A stretch of 64,000 nucleotides of DNA from NCBI GenBank assembly GCA_001724265.1, contig MEDY01000077.1, positions 1 to 64,000 on the forward strand. The letters run 5' to 3'. Positions 11,086 to 23,312 of this stretch are shown here, piece after piece. A program made the position numbers and the translations under genes. Numbering within the stretch: the stretch's first letter is position 1; each line of letters begins with the position of its first letter. The notes under the pieces are model-generated. The model did not search any database and had not been told where the DNA came from. It worked only from the letters and a program-made list of their open reading frames with translations. The DNA comes from Rhizaria sp. SCN 62-66. Its lineage: Eukaryota.

Positions 11086-13677
11086 ATGTCGGCTAACCCT
11101 CCACACGGGTCAGTCCCCGTCAACACAACGCTATCTGGCTCTGTGAGCGGTGCCGCTGCGTCAATGGTCTCGACCCCAGCGACCACGGCCTCAGCTCCCG
11201 CCGCCGCTGCGTCCGCCCCTTCGTCGCTGCATGCCCCTGCATCGACCCCCTTTGCCGTCGCATCCGCCCCCGTGCCTTCCGCGAGTACTTCGTCAATGGC
11301 TAACAAGCGTTCGTTCGAGTCGGTCCGTCAACCCATCGCCGGCCCGAGCACTGCTGCTGCGGCCACTGCTGGGAGTGGTTTCCCCACCCCGACCAAGGCC
11401 CCGTTCCCCTCCGTCGCAGCTAGCCAGAGCAGCAGCTCCAGCGCCAACGCGCCCAGCAGCATGGTCAAGGCTGCGCTTGCAGGCGGGCCCGGCTCTGCGC
11501 CGAAGCCGCCTCTCGCGGCCACAGCCCGTAGTGCCGCCGTCGTCGCCGCCGACGAAGCCATCGCTCGCCAACTCGCCCTCGACGACGACGACGATGACGA
11601 TGATGACGAAGATGGTGATACTGATGCTAACGGACGCCGCGTGCGCTTTTGCCCTACCAGCGACTCTGCAGACAACGAGGCCAGTCGGTCCATCACGCTC
11701 GCTGCCCCCGGCAGCCACAAACACCCAAGCGCGCTGCGCCCCGGCACCGCTGCCGGCGTGACGGCGATGGGAACCGGTGAGGGTACGCATGGGGGCGCCG
11801 CCGTCTCTAAGGACGAGGACACCGATGATCTGACGTTCCAGGCCCTGCTTGAGACGTTCGCGCACATGGGATTGCCACAATCGCAGAGCGCCGGCATGGG
11901 TGCCACCAACTCCTCTGGCGCAAACGTCTTTGGCGGCGGCGCGAACCGCTTCTCCGCCTCAACCCCGTCCCGTGGCCCTTCTGGCGGCCTGACTTCCGGC
12001 GGCGGCGGCTTAACCTTCGGCGCCGCCGCGATCCAAGCCCCCATCTACAACGCGCTGGGCGAGCCCGAGCCGTGCCCAGTCTGCGGCGTCGACGTCGAGA
12101 TGTCGGCCTTCGCGCCGCACGTGTTCGTCTGCCTCAAGTCACTTGACTCTGAAGAGGCGAGGCAGGTGGAGGAGATGGACCGAAAAATCGCGATGGAACT
12201 TGCAGAGGAGGAAATGCTCTACTTGAGCAAAGACAACAATAACAACAACTCAAGTTCTGCGCCGCAGGGCATGGGCGACATGGTCGATGTTCTCCCCTCA
12301 GGTAGCAACAACAACACCGGCGCTGGTAGCGCCAGCATGCTCGACTCTATGACTGGCTCCGGCGCCAGCGCCTCAGCCAGCGGTGGCGGCAGCGGCAGCG
12401 GGCTCGTGACCGGCAACTTGCTCAGCGAGCAGACGCGCATCGCCAAAGAGTACGAGAAGCTCAAGGCGCGCCGCCGCGCGCGCCGCACGCCGTGCCCGCG
12501 CGGCTCTGGCTGCAACGAGACGACCGCGGACCACTACCGGAAGCACTCGCACCCGCCCGCGCAGTGCCCGATCTGCGAGTCAGAGTTTGAGGTGCAGGAG
12601 GTCGGCGACCACGTGACCGTCTGCCTGGGTCTGCCGGATCACTTGCGCATCAAGGGCCGCAAGATGAAGGCCTCGGACTCGGTCTCCGCCGCCGGCAGCC
12701 TCGCTGCGGCCGCCGCTGTAGACGGCAGGGCCGGCGGGAGCCACAACCGGTCGCTGGTGGGTGCGTTCCGGGACAACAGCGGAGACTCCGACGACGATGA
12801 CAGTGACAGCCCTCGCAACAAGCGCCGTGGCCGCCGCGGCAATTGTGCGGGGAACGACTCGAGCGACAGCGATGATAGCGGCGATGACGACGATGAAGAC
12901 GGCGCGATGGGCCGGCACAAGTTCATCGCCGCGACCAGCCACAACCACACCGTCCGCGGCAACGCCACCGGCAGCTTCTCAGGCGCAGGCAAAGGCGCGT
13001 TCGTTGGTGGCAGCGGCAGCGCGGGCGCGACGCCTCTGCGCGCGCGCAGCGTCAGCTCCACGGGCGCCTCGGGTGCCACCGGTGCATCGGGTACTGGGAG
13101 CTTCGGTGGCGGCGGCGCGGGGACGGGACTCTTCTCCAAGAGCTCTGGCAGCAAGCTCAGCGGCAAGTCTAAGGGTGGCGCCGACCTGCCGCGCGGGCTC
13201 GGCGCAGACAGCGACAGCGACGAAGACGGCGACGCTGCCAACGGCGGCGACAGCGCTAGCCGCGGCAACCTGGACCAGAACCACAGCGCCGGCGCCGGCA
13301 ACGCGGCCGGCGGCCCGGGGCTGCGCCGCACTGCGTCGACCTCCGCCCTCATGGGGCAGCTGAGCTCCAACAGCACCAACAACGGTCTCCTCGCGCGCGC
13401 TGGCGGCGGCGGCGAGTTATCAGTGCGCCAGATGGGCGCCATGGCGCGAATGGTGTTGCAGCAACAGCAGCAGCAGCGCAGCGGCGGCGCCGGTGGGGCG
13501 GCTGGCGGGGATAACGAGCTTCCTGTGCACTCGCTGCTCGACGCGTTCAAGACGCTCGGATTCACCAAAGATGCGCTGTCCAAGGCGCATAAGGACCTGC
13601 AGCAACAACAGCAGCAGCAACAGGCACATCAGCAGCAGTCGTCATCATCGCTGAGTGGTGGCGATGCGAAAAAGTGA
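11086..13677 (+). CDS. Low-complexity 863-aa protein with two UBZ4-type zinc fingers, one PBZ-type zinc finger and MIU-like motifs; stop TGA
   Basis: CPVC-x9-HVFVCL (~12073), CPRGSGCNETTADHYRKHSH (~12493), CPIC-x10-HVTVCL (~12565); DEAIARQL (~11551) and DRKIAMEL (~12178). Confidence 0.78.
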   Translation: MSANPPHGSVPVNTTLSGSVSGAAASMVSTPATTASAPAAAASAPSSLHAPASTPFAVASAPVPSASTSSMANKRSFESVRQPIAGPSTAAAATAGSGFPTPTKAPFPSVAASQSSSSSANAPSSMVKAALAGGPGSAPKPPLAATARSAAVVAADEAIARQLALDDDDDDDDDEDGDTDANGRRVRFCPTSDSADNEASRSITLAAPGSHKHPSALRPGTAAGVTAMGTGEGTHGGAAVSKDEDTDDLTFQALLETFAHMGLPQSQSAGMGATNSSGANVFGGGANRFSASTPSRGPSGGLTSGGGGLTFGAAAIQAPIYNALGEPEPCPVCGVDVEMSAFAPHVFVCLKSLDSEEARQVEEMDRKIAMELAEEEMLYLSKDNNNNNSSSAPQGMGDMVDVLPSGSNNNTGAGSASMLDSMTGSGASASASGGGSGSGLVTGNLLSEQTRIAKEYEKLKARRRARRTPCPRGSGCNETTADHYRKHSHPPAQCPICESEFEVQEVGDHVTVCLGLPDHLRIKGRKMKASDSVSAAGSLAAAAAVDGRAGGSHNRSLVGAFRDNSGDSDDDDSDSPRNKRRGRRGNCAGNDSSDSDDSGDDDDEDGAMGRHKFIAATSHNHTVRGNATGSFSGAGKGAFVGGSGSAGATPLRARSVSSTGASGATGASGTGSFGGGGAGTGLFSKSSGSKLSGKSKGGADLPRGLGADSDSDEDGDAANGGDSASRGNLDQNHSAGAGNAAGGPGLRRTASTSALMGQLSSNSTNNGLLARAGGGGELSVRQMGAMARMVLQQQQQQRSGGAGGAAGGDNELPVHSLLDAFKTLGFTKDALSKAHKDLQQQQQQQQAHQQQSSSSLSGGDAKK

Positions 13678-13932
13678 TCACCTAATTGTTTACAGGTGAA
13701 CTTGCCATTAAAACAAAAGTGACAAACAAACACTGACCGACAATCGCAACATTGAACGTGCGCTGATTCACAGTGTTACCAGTGACATTTTGTAATTATG
13801 TATTAAGTTGTTTCAGTGACATTTCTCAGGAGGGCCATTCAAATCACAATCATTATTATCACTAGTATATGAAGAACTAAATACAGGATCTTAAACTAAA
13901 GTATGAACCATTATAGAGCTGTAGAAAACGCA

Positions 13933-16900
13933 TTATTTGTTAGCAGCCCGCTTGCTGCGTGAAGCTGGCTTCTTTGAGCCGGCACTACTGCTGACATTCT
14001 TGCTGCCTTTTTGAAGCTGCTGCTGCTCTTTGGAGCTTGGTCCGACGGCACTCGAAATGCTGCTACTGGTTGCAGTCGTTGTCTTGTTTGAGTCAGAGTT
14101 AGCTTCCGAGTCAAGGGCGGACTTAAACGCAGGCAAATCTGAGGTGAAGAGCAGTGAATGCGCCCAGCCAGCGAGGGGGCCGAACAAATCGTAAAAGAAC
14201 GCGTTCACAGAAGCGTAGATGGGAGCTGTCACAGTCATTTGCGTCAATGTGACGCTACTAGTGCTGACATCAGAAGTGTTTGTATCACTCGAGTTACTGC
14301 TCTTGCCTTTGCTACCCGTGCCTTGGCTACTGTGATTGTTGGTGCCGGTGCTAGCGTTGTTGGGAGAGTCGTTATAATAGCTCTTAATCAGCGTTAACAA
14401 TGCACTGTGGCGCTTAGTGGAGCTACTTGCAAGCGTACTCCCAACGAGGCTCGAACTAATGCCTGCGCTGGCGTCGCTGGGGCTGTTGCCAGTGTGAGTG
14501 TAGTTCGCTGCGAGCTTAAGCGCCATTGCAAGCCGGGCTTTGTTCAATGCTGTCACAACATTGACGACGGCGCTCTCCAGTCTTGCCTTCTCAGCAGTGA
14601 CTGCCACGGACTGAGCAGTTCCAGAATGCTGTGATGCAGACGCACTAGTTGCAGAGGGTTCGTGCTCTTTGCTCTCAGCGCAAAAACGAGCAAGAGTAAG
14701 AGGGTGTGAAGACGCCAATGCGAGCATAAACGGGGGCATGACTTGCAACCAGGGCAACACTGCAGCAACGTCACTAGGCTCGACCACAGTCACCGCCTTC
14801 ACCTTTGCCTTGCTCGCAACCGTTTTACCATTCTTTGCAGGTTCTTCTTCGTCACCATGAGTCGCTGTGCTTGGGCTAACCATGCCTGCGTTGTCATCCG
14901 TGTTGTTGGTGTTGATCATGTTGTTGTCCGTCTTCAAAAGCAACGCGGCAACCGCAGCAACGTGTTCTAGCTTCGACGGCAACTGCCAGCCAGCCTTAAC
15001 GTTACTGCTGCTGGCGCTCACCTGTGGAGCCCCGTCAGTACTCGAGGGCACAAGTACTGGAGCAATGGGGGAGAGAGAGGACGCGGCTTCAGCAAAGCAC
15101 CGAGCTGCCTCAATCTTTGCCTGAGAGATCACAGAAACAGGAGCACCGCTCAAGCCAGCGCTGGTGCGCGCATCTTCACTTGCGTTTACTCTTGCACACC
15201 ACTGCTGTAAGACATCACTTGCGCTCACTGCCTTGGGCTTCTTGCTACCTTTACCACTCGTGGTGCCAATCGCGGTCTCAGAATCATCCGCTGAGTTTAC
15301 GCGACCACTCGCACTAGAACTGTTGTTTTTACTAACAACATTGCCAGCACTGGTCATCTTATCATTGAGCGTCTCAGCCCACTTGTTGATCGCATGTCCA
15401 TAGTCCCTCACGGCAACCTGGATCATGTGCGTATCAATCGGCACCAGTCCCAGCGCGTCAACGCTGAACAGCGCCGCACAGTCACAGACTTTGCTGCCAA
15501 CGCCGCTCAGAGACTGAAGTTGCCGCCGCACAAACCATAGCGGTAGCCGAGATTGCTCGTACCATGGAATGGCAGTCACCGTTGCGGCTAGGTTACCGCC
15601 ATCCAAGGAAACATGACTCTGCGGAGTCAGCGAGGCTTGGCTTTCGTCGAGTGAGCCGTCGTGCCAGCGCAGGAGTCGCATGCCCCGCGCCCCGCCCAAG
15701 TCATTGCTCACAGTCACGGATGACTGTGACATGAACTTTGCACGATAGCCGTAGCCTACCACGCGCAACAAGGCTTCCGTTGTGTTGTAGGAGAGAGTGT
15801 TAGCAATGGCGCTGCTCCCAGTGGCACGGTTAGACAGACTGTGAGCGGGCGGTGTGAAGTGACTGTGAGCAGCGAGGACTGTGGGAGGAGGGAACTCATA
15901 CAAAGGAAAGTTGATTTCGATACTGTTACTCGAATTGCTATGTTCAGTCTGGGGGTGGGTCTTTGTTTGATAGCTCGGCACCATCGAGACTGTCAGCTGC
16001 TCGACAGTAGGCGGGAGCGTCAGTGACGAAACATTGTCAGCAGAAGCACTGTCAAGCAACTTTGAGCTCTCACTACCGTAGTTCTTAAGTGGCTGCGAGT
16101 TACTGACCGCGTATGGGCTCAATGTAAACCGCCATTGTAAAACAGATTTGCTGGCGGTGTCGCTATTCGTGTCAGCAGTGTTGTTGTCGGCGTTGCCGCG
16201 TTTACTGGCAGGCTTCGCTCGCTTCACCTTCTGCTGACTTTGTAGCTTGATATCAGCATCACCGTCACCAGCATCATCATCAGCGTCATAAGCACCGCCC
16301 GTGCTATTGCTTGTTGTGCTCAGAGTCACTGTAAGAACGCCAATAGGCCGTCCCATCGCCGCCCGCAACCGGTGCAACATCGCGCCAATGCGGCCGATGT
16401 GGTTGTTTGAGCTGCAGATAAACGACGCCAAACATTCCCAGGGATCCTGCCGCAGCAGACGCATGCCCCTTAGAGTCGTCTTCTCACGGTATGTCTGTTC
16501 GACGTTGGTGTCTGCTGTAGGCGCGCCAGGTGTAGGTGCTTCAGTAAACACGGTTGTATCAGTTGTAAGTAGCAGAGAACGCAAGCGGGGGTCAACAGCG
16601 GCCCAGTCACGGGTCAGCTGTTGCAGCGGAGGCACAACAAACGCGGGGGCCGCACTGTTAATGCCATCGTCACTGTTCATGCCAGAAATGTGTTCGCCTA
16701 GACGACTGCGGTGAGCTGTACTGAGAGGCAGACGTAGGAAATCACGCAGCATTGCTTCAGCTTCAGCGTCAGCTTCAGCGTCAGCTTCAGCGTCAGCTTC
16801 TGCTTCAGCGTCTGCGTCGACATCAGTCTTCGCTTGAGTATCAAACTCGCTCTTAATCGCTATCGCTGCATGAGTACTCGCTGTAGTGACGTTGCTGTTG

Positions 16901-17409
16901 GTAGTGGCCTGACTGTGACTCGCGTTGCTGTTGCTGTTGTTATGCGTGGCTGAAGGTAGTGGCTGCACTGTGACGGTGAGAATGTCTTGTCCCACAAAGG
17001 GATACAGCGGGAACCGGGCTTGCAGCTCGTTGCTAGAAGCCAACACCGCACTGTCAGTCGGGACCGCAGTCGTGCTAGCGTTGGTAGAGCTTGCAACCGC
17101 ATCAGTGTTTGCGTGTGGTTGCGGGAGCGATGCGAGGCGCGAGTACAGTACGTCGTTGCTCAGCTCGCTTAAGGCAATAGCGTGACGCCCAACAACACCA
17201 ACCCATGTTGACAACACGCCGTTCGTTGCAAAAGGTGCGCCGTCACTCATACTGCGCTTCGTTGCGGCGATTTGTAGAGATTGAAGAGGTAAGGGAGCAG
17301 GGATCTTATGCCAGCCAAAGCATTGTCCGTTCGCGAGGGTCACCTGCAGCCGCAACTCACTCGCAGGCACGTCAAGAGAGTGCCATACGGGGCTCGCTCG
17401 CGTGCTCAT
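13933..17409 (-). CDS. OGG1: 8-oxoguanine DNA glycosylase/AP lyase, greatly expanded (~1158 aa from ATG 17409; the start may lie further upstream); stop TAA
   Basis: [51 protein letters not shown], Hh[17 protein letters not shown]...VPIDTHM with catalytic Lys and Asp, and [13 protein letters not shown]. Confidence 0.92.
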   Translation of the reverse strand: MSTRASPVWHSLDVPASELRLQVTLANGQCFGWHKIPAPLPLQSLQIAATKRSMSDGAPFATNGVLSTWVGVVGRHAIALSELSNDVLYSRLASLPQPHANTDAVASSTNASTTAVPTDSAVLASSNELQARFPLYPFVGQDILTVTVQPLPSATHNNSNSNASHSQATTNSNVTTASTHAAIAIKSEFDTQAKTDVDADAEAEADAEADAEADAEAEAMLRDFLRLPLSTAHRSRLGEHISGMNSDDGINSAAPAFVVPPLQQLTRDWAAVDPRLRSLLLTTDTTVFTEAPTPGAPTADTNVEQTYREKTTLRGMRLLRQDPWECLASFICSSNNHIGRIGAMLHRLRAAMGRPIGVLTVTLSTTSNSTGGAYDADDDAGDGDADIKLQSQQKVKRAKPASKRGNADNNTADTNSDTASKSVLQWRFTLSPYAVSNSQPLKNYGSESSKLLDSASADNVSSLTLPPTVEQLTVSMVPSYQTKTHPQTEHSNSSNSIEINFPLYEFPPPTVLAAHSHFTPPAHSLSNRATGSSAIANTLSYNTTEALLRVVGYGYRAKFMSQSSVTVSNDLGGARGMRLLRWHDGSLDESQASLTPQSHVSLDGGNLAATVTAIPWYEQSRLPLWFVRRQLQSLSGVGSKVCDCAALFSVDALGLVPIDTHMIQVAVRDYGHAINKWAETLNDKMTSAGNVVSKNNSSSASGRVNSADDSETAIGTTSGKGSKKPKAVSASDVLQQWCARVNASEDARTSAGLSGAPVSVISQAKIEAARCFAEAASSLSPIAPVLVPSSTDGAPQVSASSSNVKAGWQLPSKLEHVAAVAALLLKTDNNMINTNNTDDNAGMVSPSTATHGDEEEPAKNGKTVASKAKVKAVTVVEPSDVAAVLPWLQVMPPFMLALASSHPLTLARFCAESKEHEPSATSASASQHSGTAQSVAVTAEKARLESAVVNVVTALNKARLAMALKLAANYTHTGNSPSDASAGISSSLVGSTLASSSTKRHSALLTLIKSYYNDSPNNASTGTNNHSSQGTGSKGKSSNSSDTNTSDVSTSSVTLTQMTVTAPIYASVNAFFYDLFGPLAGWAHSLLFTSDLPAFKSALDSEANSDSNKTTTATSSSISSAVGPSSKEQQQLQKGSKNVSSSAGSKKPASRSKRAANK
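16755..16817 (-). repeat. 12-bp tandem repeat (TTCAGCGTCAGC on + strand) encoding (EADA)n inside OGG1
   Basis: Directly visible repeat; translates [22 protein letters not shown]. Confidence 0.85.
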
Positions 17410-19178
17410 AAGCCGATGGCGCAATGTGCACGGGAACCGACAGAGTAGAGCGCGGGAGCGAGGCAGGAAGGCGCGTTTGGATGCGAAAGAGGAGAGCACA
17501 ACAAGCTACACAAAAATGAATAGCATGGAGGCATGTGCAAATATGATGATAGATGTATAATTAAGGCAACGTGCATCACGATATGCTTCAATACTCTTAC
17601 TTGAAAAATGCAACTGTTGACGATCATTCTGGTGAACTATTCACCGATTTTCTCGAGCTCTTCGTGCTGACCTAACACAACATCTCAGTCACCGATCGGT
17701 CACCATGGTACTCGAGTAACCATCTTCCATGCCTAACCTGATTCAAAGATGCTGTAAACGTACACGTTCTTACAGCTATTCACAATTAGTTAACTGCAGA
17801 TTTATTGCTCAACGGTTAAGCAGCACCCGCAGAAGTGATGACACTCGCAGGGTTGCATGATATAAAGGAAATACTAACGATTGCTTAGTGAAGAGCGTTG
17901 TCGTGCTGTTGAAAGTGTTATCGCTGTTGCAATTGTTACGATACGCAGTGACGCAGTATTGTAGTTCTGAGTGGAAGCCAAGTGTTGGGTATGGTAGTTA
18001 TGTCTCACAACACAACTAGCAGCATACGATTTAACAAACAACAAAAGGAGGGTAATAAAAACCGAGAGAGAGGAAAAATAAAAAGACAGACATACATGGA
18101 GAGCGTGCCATATTATAACACGAAAGCAACAAGTAAGAGAGGAAAAAACAAACAAACGTAATTAAGCAAACACCATCTGACTTAGTGAAACTTTGTACGC
18201 ATACAAAAGCACTAGTGACAGAACCAAACTGAACCCACGACAGCACTTGGTAAACTTGAACAGCCACACCAAAACAACATCAATAATTCAAGTTGTAGAA
18301 CCTAAGAGCGCTAATCGCGAGGACAATAAACAACAAGAGCCACGACATACGGTACATCAAACAAGAGATCACGCCTAGAATGTAAATGCACACACAAAAC
18401 ATCTCTAGAAATGAATACTACATTAATGTCCACATACCCGCTAAAAAGAAAAAGATCAGAATAGTAGAAAACAAACGCAGGGAAAAATCAACAACGAACC
18501 GGGGAACACAGAGGACAAAGTATGAAACAAAAACGAAAAACAAAGCAGTGGGAGATACACACGGTCTAAGGTTCAAGCAAGCAAGGGAATTTGATGTCAA
18601 AATTATATTTCCTTAACACGAAGAAAATGACTGGGAATTTAAAGCAAAGCAAAACACATTGGGGAATCAAATTCAAATCTTCCTTTACAAACTGATAAGA
18701 CAAAACAAGTAACAAGTTGCATTGTTCAAGAGCACAGCTGCAAGGGCAATTAAGGCAGCGAGCTCAATTGAATGCGACGGTTGGTTGACTGCGACTTATG
18801 GTTGTGACTGTAGTCGCTTTGCTGAACACAACGTTTGCACAAAGCGGCACGTAGTCACGATATGGAGCAAGTTTGCGTGTGTGCGTGTGTGTTACTGTTA
18901 CTCACTCACATGTCAAAAGCACTGCACCAATCATCCACCACATCTCGTCACTTCACCACCCATGACACACAGTATTTGTTTTGGTCCCTCATGCACGTTA
19001 CAACACGTTACAAAGTCAATCAGCACGAAAATATCAAGTCTCAGAAGCAGTTACATCTTATATTAGGTTCTACTACTACTATGTGTACATGTACAGGTAT
19101 GTAAGCTTCATTTTCTTGTTGTTCTTCACAGAAACAGCGGACCCGCGCTCGCGTGCTTCGAGCTTAGCATAGCTTAAC

Positions 19179-22100
19179 TTAGAAGTCGGCGTCCCAATTG
19201 GACCCGTCGGGCTGGTACGCCATGTCCTCCTCCTGAAGGTTCGCGGTGTGCGCGTACTTGCTCGCGTCTGTCGACGAAGTGACCGTGGGCACGTAGGGCG
19301 CGGGAATCTTGCGCTCCAGCAGCAGTTTGAAGTCGAAGTTCGCAAAAAAGGCCTGCGCGCGCACGGCGGCGGCGCCGTTGCCGGAGCAGCCAAGACGGCG
19401 CGAGGCGCGGACTTCGAGCAAAGACGCGATGATAGCGCGCGCGGCGGGGGAGAAGTGAGCGGGCATGTTGTAGCGACCCTCGACGATGCGCGTGTATGTC
19501 GTCATCGGATCCTCTTCGTAGAAAGGTGGGAACGCGGCGAGCATCTCGTAGATGAGCACGCCGAGCGTCCACCAGTCGACCGCGGTGCCGTGGCCGCGGG
19601 AAGCAACGATCTCGGGCGCGAGGTAGTCGGGGGTGCCGCAGAGGGTCCACGTCTTGCCGGTGACTTCCTTGGCAAAGCCAAAGTCGGTGATTTTGAGGTA
19701 GCCCGCGGCGTCGAGCAGAAGGTTCTCAGGCTTCAGGTCGCGATATGCAATCGAGCGGGCGTGCATGCACTCGAACGTGCACAGCACAGACGCAGCCTAA
19801 AGTAAAAGGTCGGATTAAACAGAAGGAGAAGAAAGAGAGTTGTGAGATTCGATGAAACCAAGTCGTACTTCTAAATGGAACTCGGACTACATGTGGATTG
19901 GTAACGAATAATTTAGTTGTGATATCGAGCATGGACGTACGTAGAAGATGACCCAGGGCTCGGGGAAGAGGCGCTGCTGGCGGAGGAAGGTAAAGAGCTC
20001 GCCACCAAGCACGGGCTCAAGCAGGAAGTAGAGCTTGTTCTGCGTCTGATAGGTGTTGTACAGACGCACGATGAACGGGTGCAGGAGATTGTTGAGGACC
20101 CACTTCTCGGAGAGGATGTGCGCCTGCTGCTGCGTGGCGACAATCTGCTGCTTGTTGACGCTCTTGAGCGCGTAGGTGTTGCCGGCGCGGTCGCGCACGA
20201 GACGGACGAAGCCGAAAGAGCCCTTGCCGAGGGTCGCGAGGGGCTCGAGATCGCTGAGGTTGGCGATCGGCCGGCCCTGGCTGTTGATGGCGATGGCGTT
20301 GAAGGTGTTGGCGCCGTTGCTAGCCGGGGCGGTGTTGGTGTACTGAACCTGCTGGAGCTGTTGCTGGACAGTCTGCATCTGCTGCTGCTGTTGAGGCTGC
20401 TGCTGCGCATACTGCTGCTGCTGTTGCTGTTGCTGCTGCTGGAGATACTGCTGTTGCTGCTGCTGTGGCTGCTGCTGGGTGACAGCGTGCTGCTGTTGCG
20501 ACACAACACCCGTCGTCGCCGAAACAACTGCAGATGTGTTGTTGATGTTGCTCTTCTTAGCGGCATTGGCCGACACGGGGCGCGAGATAATCGTGGCGTC
20601 GACGCCGTACTTGACGGCCTGGCTCTCGAGGATGTCCACAACGGGCCCCAGGAGCAGCTTGAACGTGTGGCGGTCCAGCCGCAGGCACTCGACCTCGCCC
20701 ACAGTCACCGCCGAGGCCGCGCGGGGCTGGTCGTACAGCAACGCCAGCTCGCCGAAGTAGGACCCGGAGCCCAGCGTCACAGAGGTGCCGTTGGGCATGA
20801 CCACGCCGTTGTCAACGTTAGCATGCGCGAGCGCGGCGTCCGCGCTTGCGACGGAATCTGGCGTCGACGCAGGCGGCGAGGGCGTCGCGGAAGACGTGAT
20901 AGCGACAGTGCCGTTGACGATGACGTACATGGCATCACCGGCGTCGCCCTTGGAGAAGATGGCCGTCTCGGGCGGGAAGTAGACCGCGTCCATGGCCTCG
21001 GCAATGCGGCGGCGCTCGAACTCGGTCAGCGACGCCAGAAACGCGACCCGGCGGAGGAAGTTGATGCGCTGTTCGAGCTTCTGTGCGCCGACCGCCTTGG
21101 TGACGGTGAGCCACGTGAAGCGGTCCAGCACCCACAGCACAGAGTCCGTGGTAGGCGTGACCGTGGCGGCGCGCGGGGCCGAGTTGAGCAGCGCCAACTC
21201 GCCGAAGTACTCGCCCGCGGACACGGCCCCCACGGCGCGCGTGACGCCGTCGGCACCGCGCTGGGTGACTGCGAAGGAGCCGTGCTCGACGACGTAGAGC
21301 TGCGTGCCGAGGTCACCCTGGGTCACGACGGGGCGGCCCGCCGGGACGGCAACGGCAAACATTGCCAGAATCAGCGTCAGGCGGTCGTCCAGCGCCATGC
21401 CGGAGAAGAGCGGGCAGCGCGACAGCGCCGTCAGGATCGTCGTGCTGGTGGGGCGAGCAAAACGAAGGGGAAGCACAGAATTGATGAATATGTGAGGAAT
21501 TTGTGGGGCGCTTGAATTAGATTAGATTGGTTCAAAGACAAATTAACTTAAAGGTTAATTTGATTCAATTTTACGGTGCATAGGCACAATCACATTGATA
21601 CATATTCGAATTTGTGAAGTGCACCCCGAGCACAATGTGTAGTTACGTGTTCTGTTTGCAACGTACCGCGTCTCGCTGGTCATAGCGTGCGTGGGCTTGG
21701 CGGGGCGCTTCAGCTCGCCGCCGGCGTCGCCAATGCGGGCCGGGAGCGTGACGGTGAGATTGGGGCGGCGGGCCGCGAACGGCAACGGGAGCGACTTGAC
21801 GAGGTCGAGGAACTGGTCTTTGCGCAACATCATGCACGTGACGGCACTGGTGGCGATCACTGTCGCGCTGCGCTTCTCGTTCCGGAGCAGCGCCGTCTCG
21901 CCAAAGTAGTCGCCGGCGACAAGGCGACCGGCCTCGACGAGGTGTTTGAGGTTGGTATCGAAAGTGACAACCTTGGCGGTGCCCTGAATCATGAGGTAGA
22001 ACTCTTTGCCCGGGTCGCCCTCGTGGAAGATCGACACACCATCAGAGAATTTCTGCGCGGATATACGCATGGTAACAAAAAAAAGCAGCAATAACAGACA

Positions 22101-22502
22101 ATTAATGTTAGAACATACATTATAGTTGAAAGATCACTTCGCGTGGTAGTCGATTAACGTGCTGTGATGAAAACAGAAAGTGGGGGCAAGTCGTACCTGA
22201 ATAGTCATCTCCGAGGCGATCTTAAAGCGTTGATCGTCGGTGCAAGACGTCATCAGCGGAACACGCTTCAGAAGATCGGCGCGCGACGCAATGAGTGACT
22301 TGTCGACGGAGTTCGCACCCGCAGTGGCGACGCATGTGCCGCAGCGGAAGCAGAAGACGGAGCCCTCGGGCAACACGGCTTGGCAGCTGTTGCACTTGAG
22401 GTAGCAGTTCTTCTTGCCGCATCCGGGGCAGAAGGAAAGCGCAGGCTCGGAGCAGGTGCCGCAGTCGCGGGTTACCTGCAGGCAGCTCGTGCAGCAGCTC
22501 AT
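19179..22502 (-). CDS. Cyclic-nucleotide-regulated AGC kinase (PKG-like): N-terminal double zinc ribbon, three cNMP-binding domains, polyQ linker, kinase; ~937 aa; exons 22502-22197, 22052-21667, 21444-19941, 19796-19179; stop TAA
   Basis: CxxC pairs at the N-terminus; FGETALL..RSAT, FGELALL..RAAT, FGELALL..RAAS cassettes; LGKGSFG, YRDLKPEN, DFG, TWTLCGTPDYLAPE and C-terminal WDADF. All three introns are phase-compatible GTAC..AG. Confidence 0.92.
20356..20493 (-). repeat. CAG/CAA polyglutamine tract in the kinase linker
   Basis: (CTG/TTG)n on the + strand; translates QQQPQQQQQQYLQQQQQQQQQQYAQQQPQQQQQ. Confidence 0.9.
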
Positions 22503-23312
22503 CGGGGTGGATGGAGGAGCAACTAGAAAGCTGAGCGCGGGGAGTTGAGGTTTAAACGGAGCTGAGACTGCATGTGGACAAGAACAGGGAAAGAGTTGTG
22601 CAAGACTGTTCAGAGTTATTTTGCAATTAAATTAAATTGTGAATCCATTAGAAAACGTTTTCCATACAAAATACGTGTCATTACCTCACCAAACGGAGAG
22701 ATTGTTGCATATATGAACGTCAAAGTTTGGTTGCTCTACCGATAGACGAATCTGCCAATGGCGCCACGTGCCGGTCAAAGACCGAAAATTTCAGGAAAGT
22801 CACTACTTTCAAGCGGATAGCTACATCATAGCAAGCAATCGTAATAACGGCTTCTAATTAGCATCGAGAATTACTCATTGTTTGTGCGTGCCCAGTTGAA
22901 GTGATAGTCGACATGTTTATTATGAAACTATGCAGGGTTAAGTGGTTGCTGTAGAGGACTTCGTCGGCCCGAAGACTCATCTCTATTCGCGGAAATGGAC
23001 GGAAAAACATCTTCGAAATCACGCAAGACCTAGTTTTCCATAGACGCGATAACATCTCTCATCGTATGAAAGCCACTATAGTTTGAGACGCGGTTATGAT
23101 AGCGGCATAATCAGACCTTCGTCACCGCAGTAAGTACAATGATGTGGTTGCTTTAGTAACACTGTCTGTCAACGATAGCAGACGGCCAAAGCGTCAGTCA
23201 ACGAAGACAAATCATGACTAACACGGATTCCAATAATTTGTTTAAAGCACGCCGTATCTCATAACGGCACAGCTGGCGATGCAGAAACGCAGAGCGTGCA
23301 GAGTATGCTGGC

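Noticed and set aside
17640-19170. A-rich 1.5 kb stretch with short ORFs, considered as ncRNA or mobile element
   Set aside because: No terminal repeats, RNA structure or coding signal seen. Most simply the U-rich 3' UTR of the kinase plus the OGG1 promoter.
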